Translations under genes and position numbers: made by a program | Notes under the pieces: generated by a model | What the model saw: only the letters and a program-made list of their open reading frames with translations | What the model was told of the DNA's origin: nothing | Databases searched by the model: none | DNA from: Octopus sinensis | Taxonomy: Eukaryota | DNA length: 64,000 bases | NCBI RefSeq assembly: GCF_006345805.1 | Contig: NC_043021.1 | Location: 18,166,001-18,230,000, forward strand | Direction: 5' to 3' | In this document: piece after piece, positions 61,859 through 64,000 of the stretch | Position numbering within the stretch: the first letter of the stretch is position 1 | Layout: every line of letters begins with the position of its first letter

Positions 61859-62140
61859 ATGTTAGCCCTTTTCATGGTCATCTTCACACTTTCATGTTAT
61901 CCCTCTCTCATCATCATCATCAGCGTTTTCCATATTAGCCTTTCCTGATCCTCATCTTCTGACTTTCATGTTTGCCCTCCCCCAACTATCATCTTCCCAC
62001 TTTCATGTTAGCCCTCTCCCATCATCGTTATCTTCCATATTGGCCTTTCCCCATCATCATCTCCCAAATTCTATGTTAGCCCTCCCCTATCATCATCTCT
62101 CCCATCATTAACTCCCTATTTCTGTATTAGCCCTCTTTTG
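61859..62140. repeat. Degenerate ~35-bp tandem repeat (ATGTTAGCCCTCTCCCATCATCATCTTCCCACTTTC-like), about 8 units
   Basis: Recurring AT(G/A)TTAGCC starts. Confidence 0.7.
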
Positions 62141-62700
62141 TCAATGTATTGACAATGCATTGAGCCGCTAAATCATTAGGTACCTCTCTGATTGCTTTGT
62201 CTACCTAGTTTGTGCGATTGATTGTTCCAATGACTATCTCGCCATTTAGATATCTCTCATAGAATATTGAAGCAAAGGAGTTTAAATATTTTATCAATGA
62301 TTACAAAGCAAAACAGAAAATGGTTAGACTTAATCAATTTCCAAGTTAGTACATTTTTTTATCAATATATTTGTATATTACGTACATTATCCATATCTGC
62401 ATATTAAATACATGGCCCAGTTCCCCAGTTATTTATTAACTATATGGTCCATTTTATTCATACATTAAATACATAGATCAGCTCTATGTATTTATTTATT
62501 AACTATATGGCCCATCTCTCTATATTTATATATCAATTATAAAGTGCAGCTTTGTTTATACATAGAGTGCATTGTTCCAACGCTCTGTAAAATACACGGT
62601 TCACCTCTCTTACTGTATATAAAGTCCATGGTCAAGCTTTGTTTCTGCATTCAGTACTCTGTTCTGTACTGTTTATATGCGAAGCACATTCTCTCTTTTT

Positions 62701-63104
62701 TTACTCTTTTACTTGTTTCAGTCATTTGACTGCGGCCATGCTGGAGCACCGCCTTTAATCGAGCAACTCAACCCCGGGACTTATTCTTTTGTAAGCCCAG
62801 TATTTATTCTATCGGTCTCTTTTGCCGAACCGCTAAGTGACGGGGACATAAACACACCAGCATCGGTTGTCAAGCAATGCTAGGGGGACAAACACAGACA
62901 CACAAACACACACACATACATATATATATACATTTATACAACGGGCTTCTTCCAATTTCCGTCTACCAAATCCACTCACAAGGCTTTGGTCGGCCCGAGG
63001 CTACAGCAGAAGACACTTGCCCAAGGTGCCACGCAGTGGGACTGAACCCGGATCCATGTGGTTGGTAAGCAAGCTACTTACCACACAGCCACTCCTATGC
63101 CTAT
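62701..63104 (-). mobile_element. Family A SINE, full length
   Basis: Near-identical to 1704-2118. Confidence 0.9.
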
Positions 63105-63464
63105 GTTTCAACTCTATACATTTCTATATTGAATTGAAGGTTCACCTTTTTTAATATATCAAGTCCATGTTCTAACTCTCTTTATTTGTATATTTTAAGA
63201 AAAGGTCCATCTTCAATCAACATGTGTTATGTTAGCAGAGCTGGGGGTGGTACGACGTATATGGTCTAGCTATACTGAATATCTCATTGAAGGGTGACCT
63301 GCGAATTCTGTGGACTATTAAGTCTGTTGCATGAAAAATATGAAAGGCATCATTAAGTTGTCAATTTAGCAAACATTACTAAAATTTAATAATTCTGGGC
63401 CAGAGTTCTTTATTGAAAAAGAAAGTGTGTATGTGTGAGTGTATATCAAAAATTATCATTTTAA

Positions 63465-63640
63465 TGCCTGCTTTCCATACTGGCATGGATAGGATGGTTT
63501 GACAGGGAAGTGGGGAGTTTCAGGGCTGTGTCTGGCTCCAGTTGTCTGTTTTGGCATGGTTTCTATGACTGGATGCCTTTCTTATGCTGACCACTTTACA
63601 AGGTGTACTGGGTGCTTTTCTTGTACCACCAGCACTAGTG
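63465..63640 (-). mobile_element. Older family D retroposon
   Basis: GGCATGGTTTCTATGACTGGATGCCTTTC...GTACTGGGTGCTTTT. Confidence 0.7.
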
Positions 63641-64000
63641 AGGTTGCCTTATAGCTTGCATGACAGAAAAGAACAGAGAAAGAAAAGAAGGAGAAGCTCC
63701 CTCTATGAAGAAGTATTTGGGAGGGGAGGGTGAAGATGAGTAGCTGTATGCTAGATGTCAAAAGGCTAAGGGATGATAGCGGGACAAGCACAGTTGTATT
63801 ACTCTAGAGGAGGTATTTGGCTGAAGGCGATAAAAGAAAAGTAGTGATGAGGTTTTAGAACAAGCTCAGAAGGAACAAAAGGAACAGCTGAGGATGGTGG
63901 ATGATGGGAGAGGAAGAGAGTGGATGCTTTTTCATGAGAGTATGAGGATGGAATAAACTAGGGATATATATATATTTGAGGTTAAGAAATAATCTTACTA

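Overview
AT-rich eukaryotic non-coding DNA (intronic or intergenic), dense in microsatellites and transposon debris. The mix of tRNA-headed SINEs, RTE LINEs and simple repeats looks like a coleoid cephalopod, probably Octopus; this is inference, not tested. I could not recognise a host protein-coding gene, rRNA, true tRNA gene or CRISPR array. Nearly all ORFs in the track are read-throughs of simple repeats or SINEs. Supported content: five short retroposon families (my working labels A-E); RTE, Hero-like and CR1-like LINE fragments, including one young 5'-truncated RTE with a 15-bp TSD; piggyBac-type TTAA MITEs; hAT MITEs; a pogo-type deletion derivative with a Brinker-like HTH; a GGATC-ended MITE with 8-bp TSDs that carries telomere hexamers; several tandem arrays seeded inside SINEs; and a 1.2-kb foldback built on a TTAGGG-containing 18/54-bp repeat. 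The best candidate for an undescribed system is family F (26943-27197 and 40086-40635). It is a head-to-head inverted element with ~12-bp TSDs and a shared fixed short-arm end. It contains a minimal type-I hammerhead-ribozyme fold with a swapped G3-C8 core pair and a palindromic stem III, consistent with a non-autonomous Penelope-like retroelement. All alignments and folds were done by eye.
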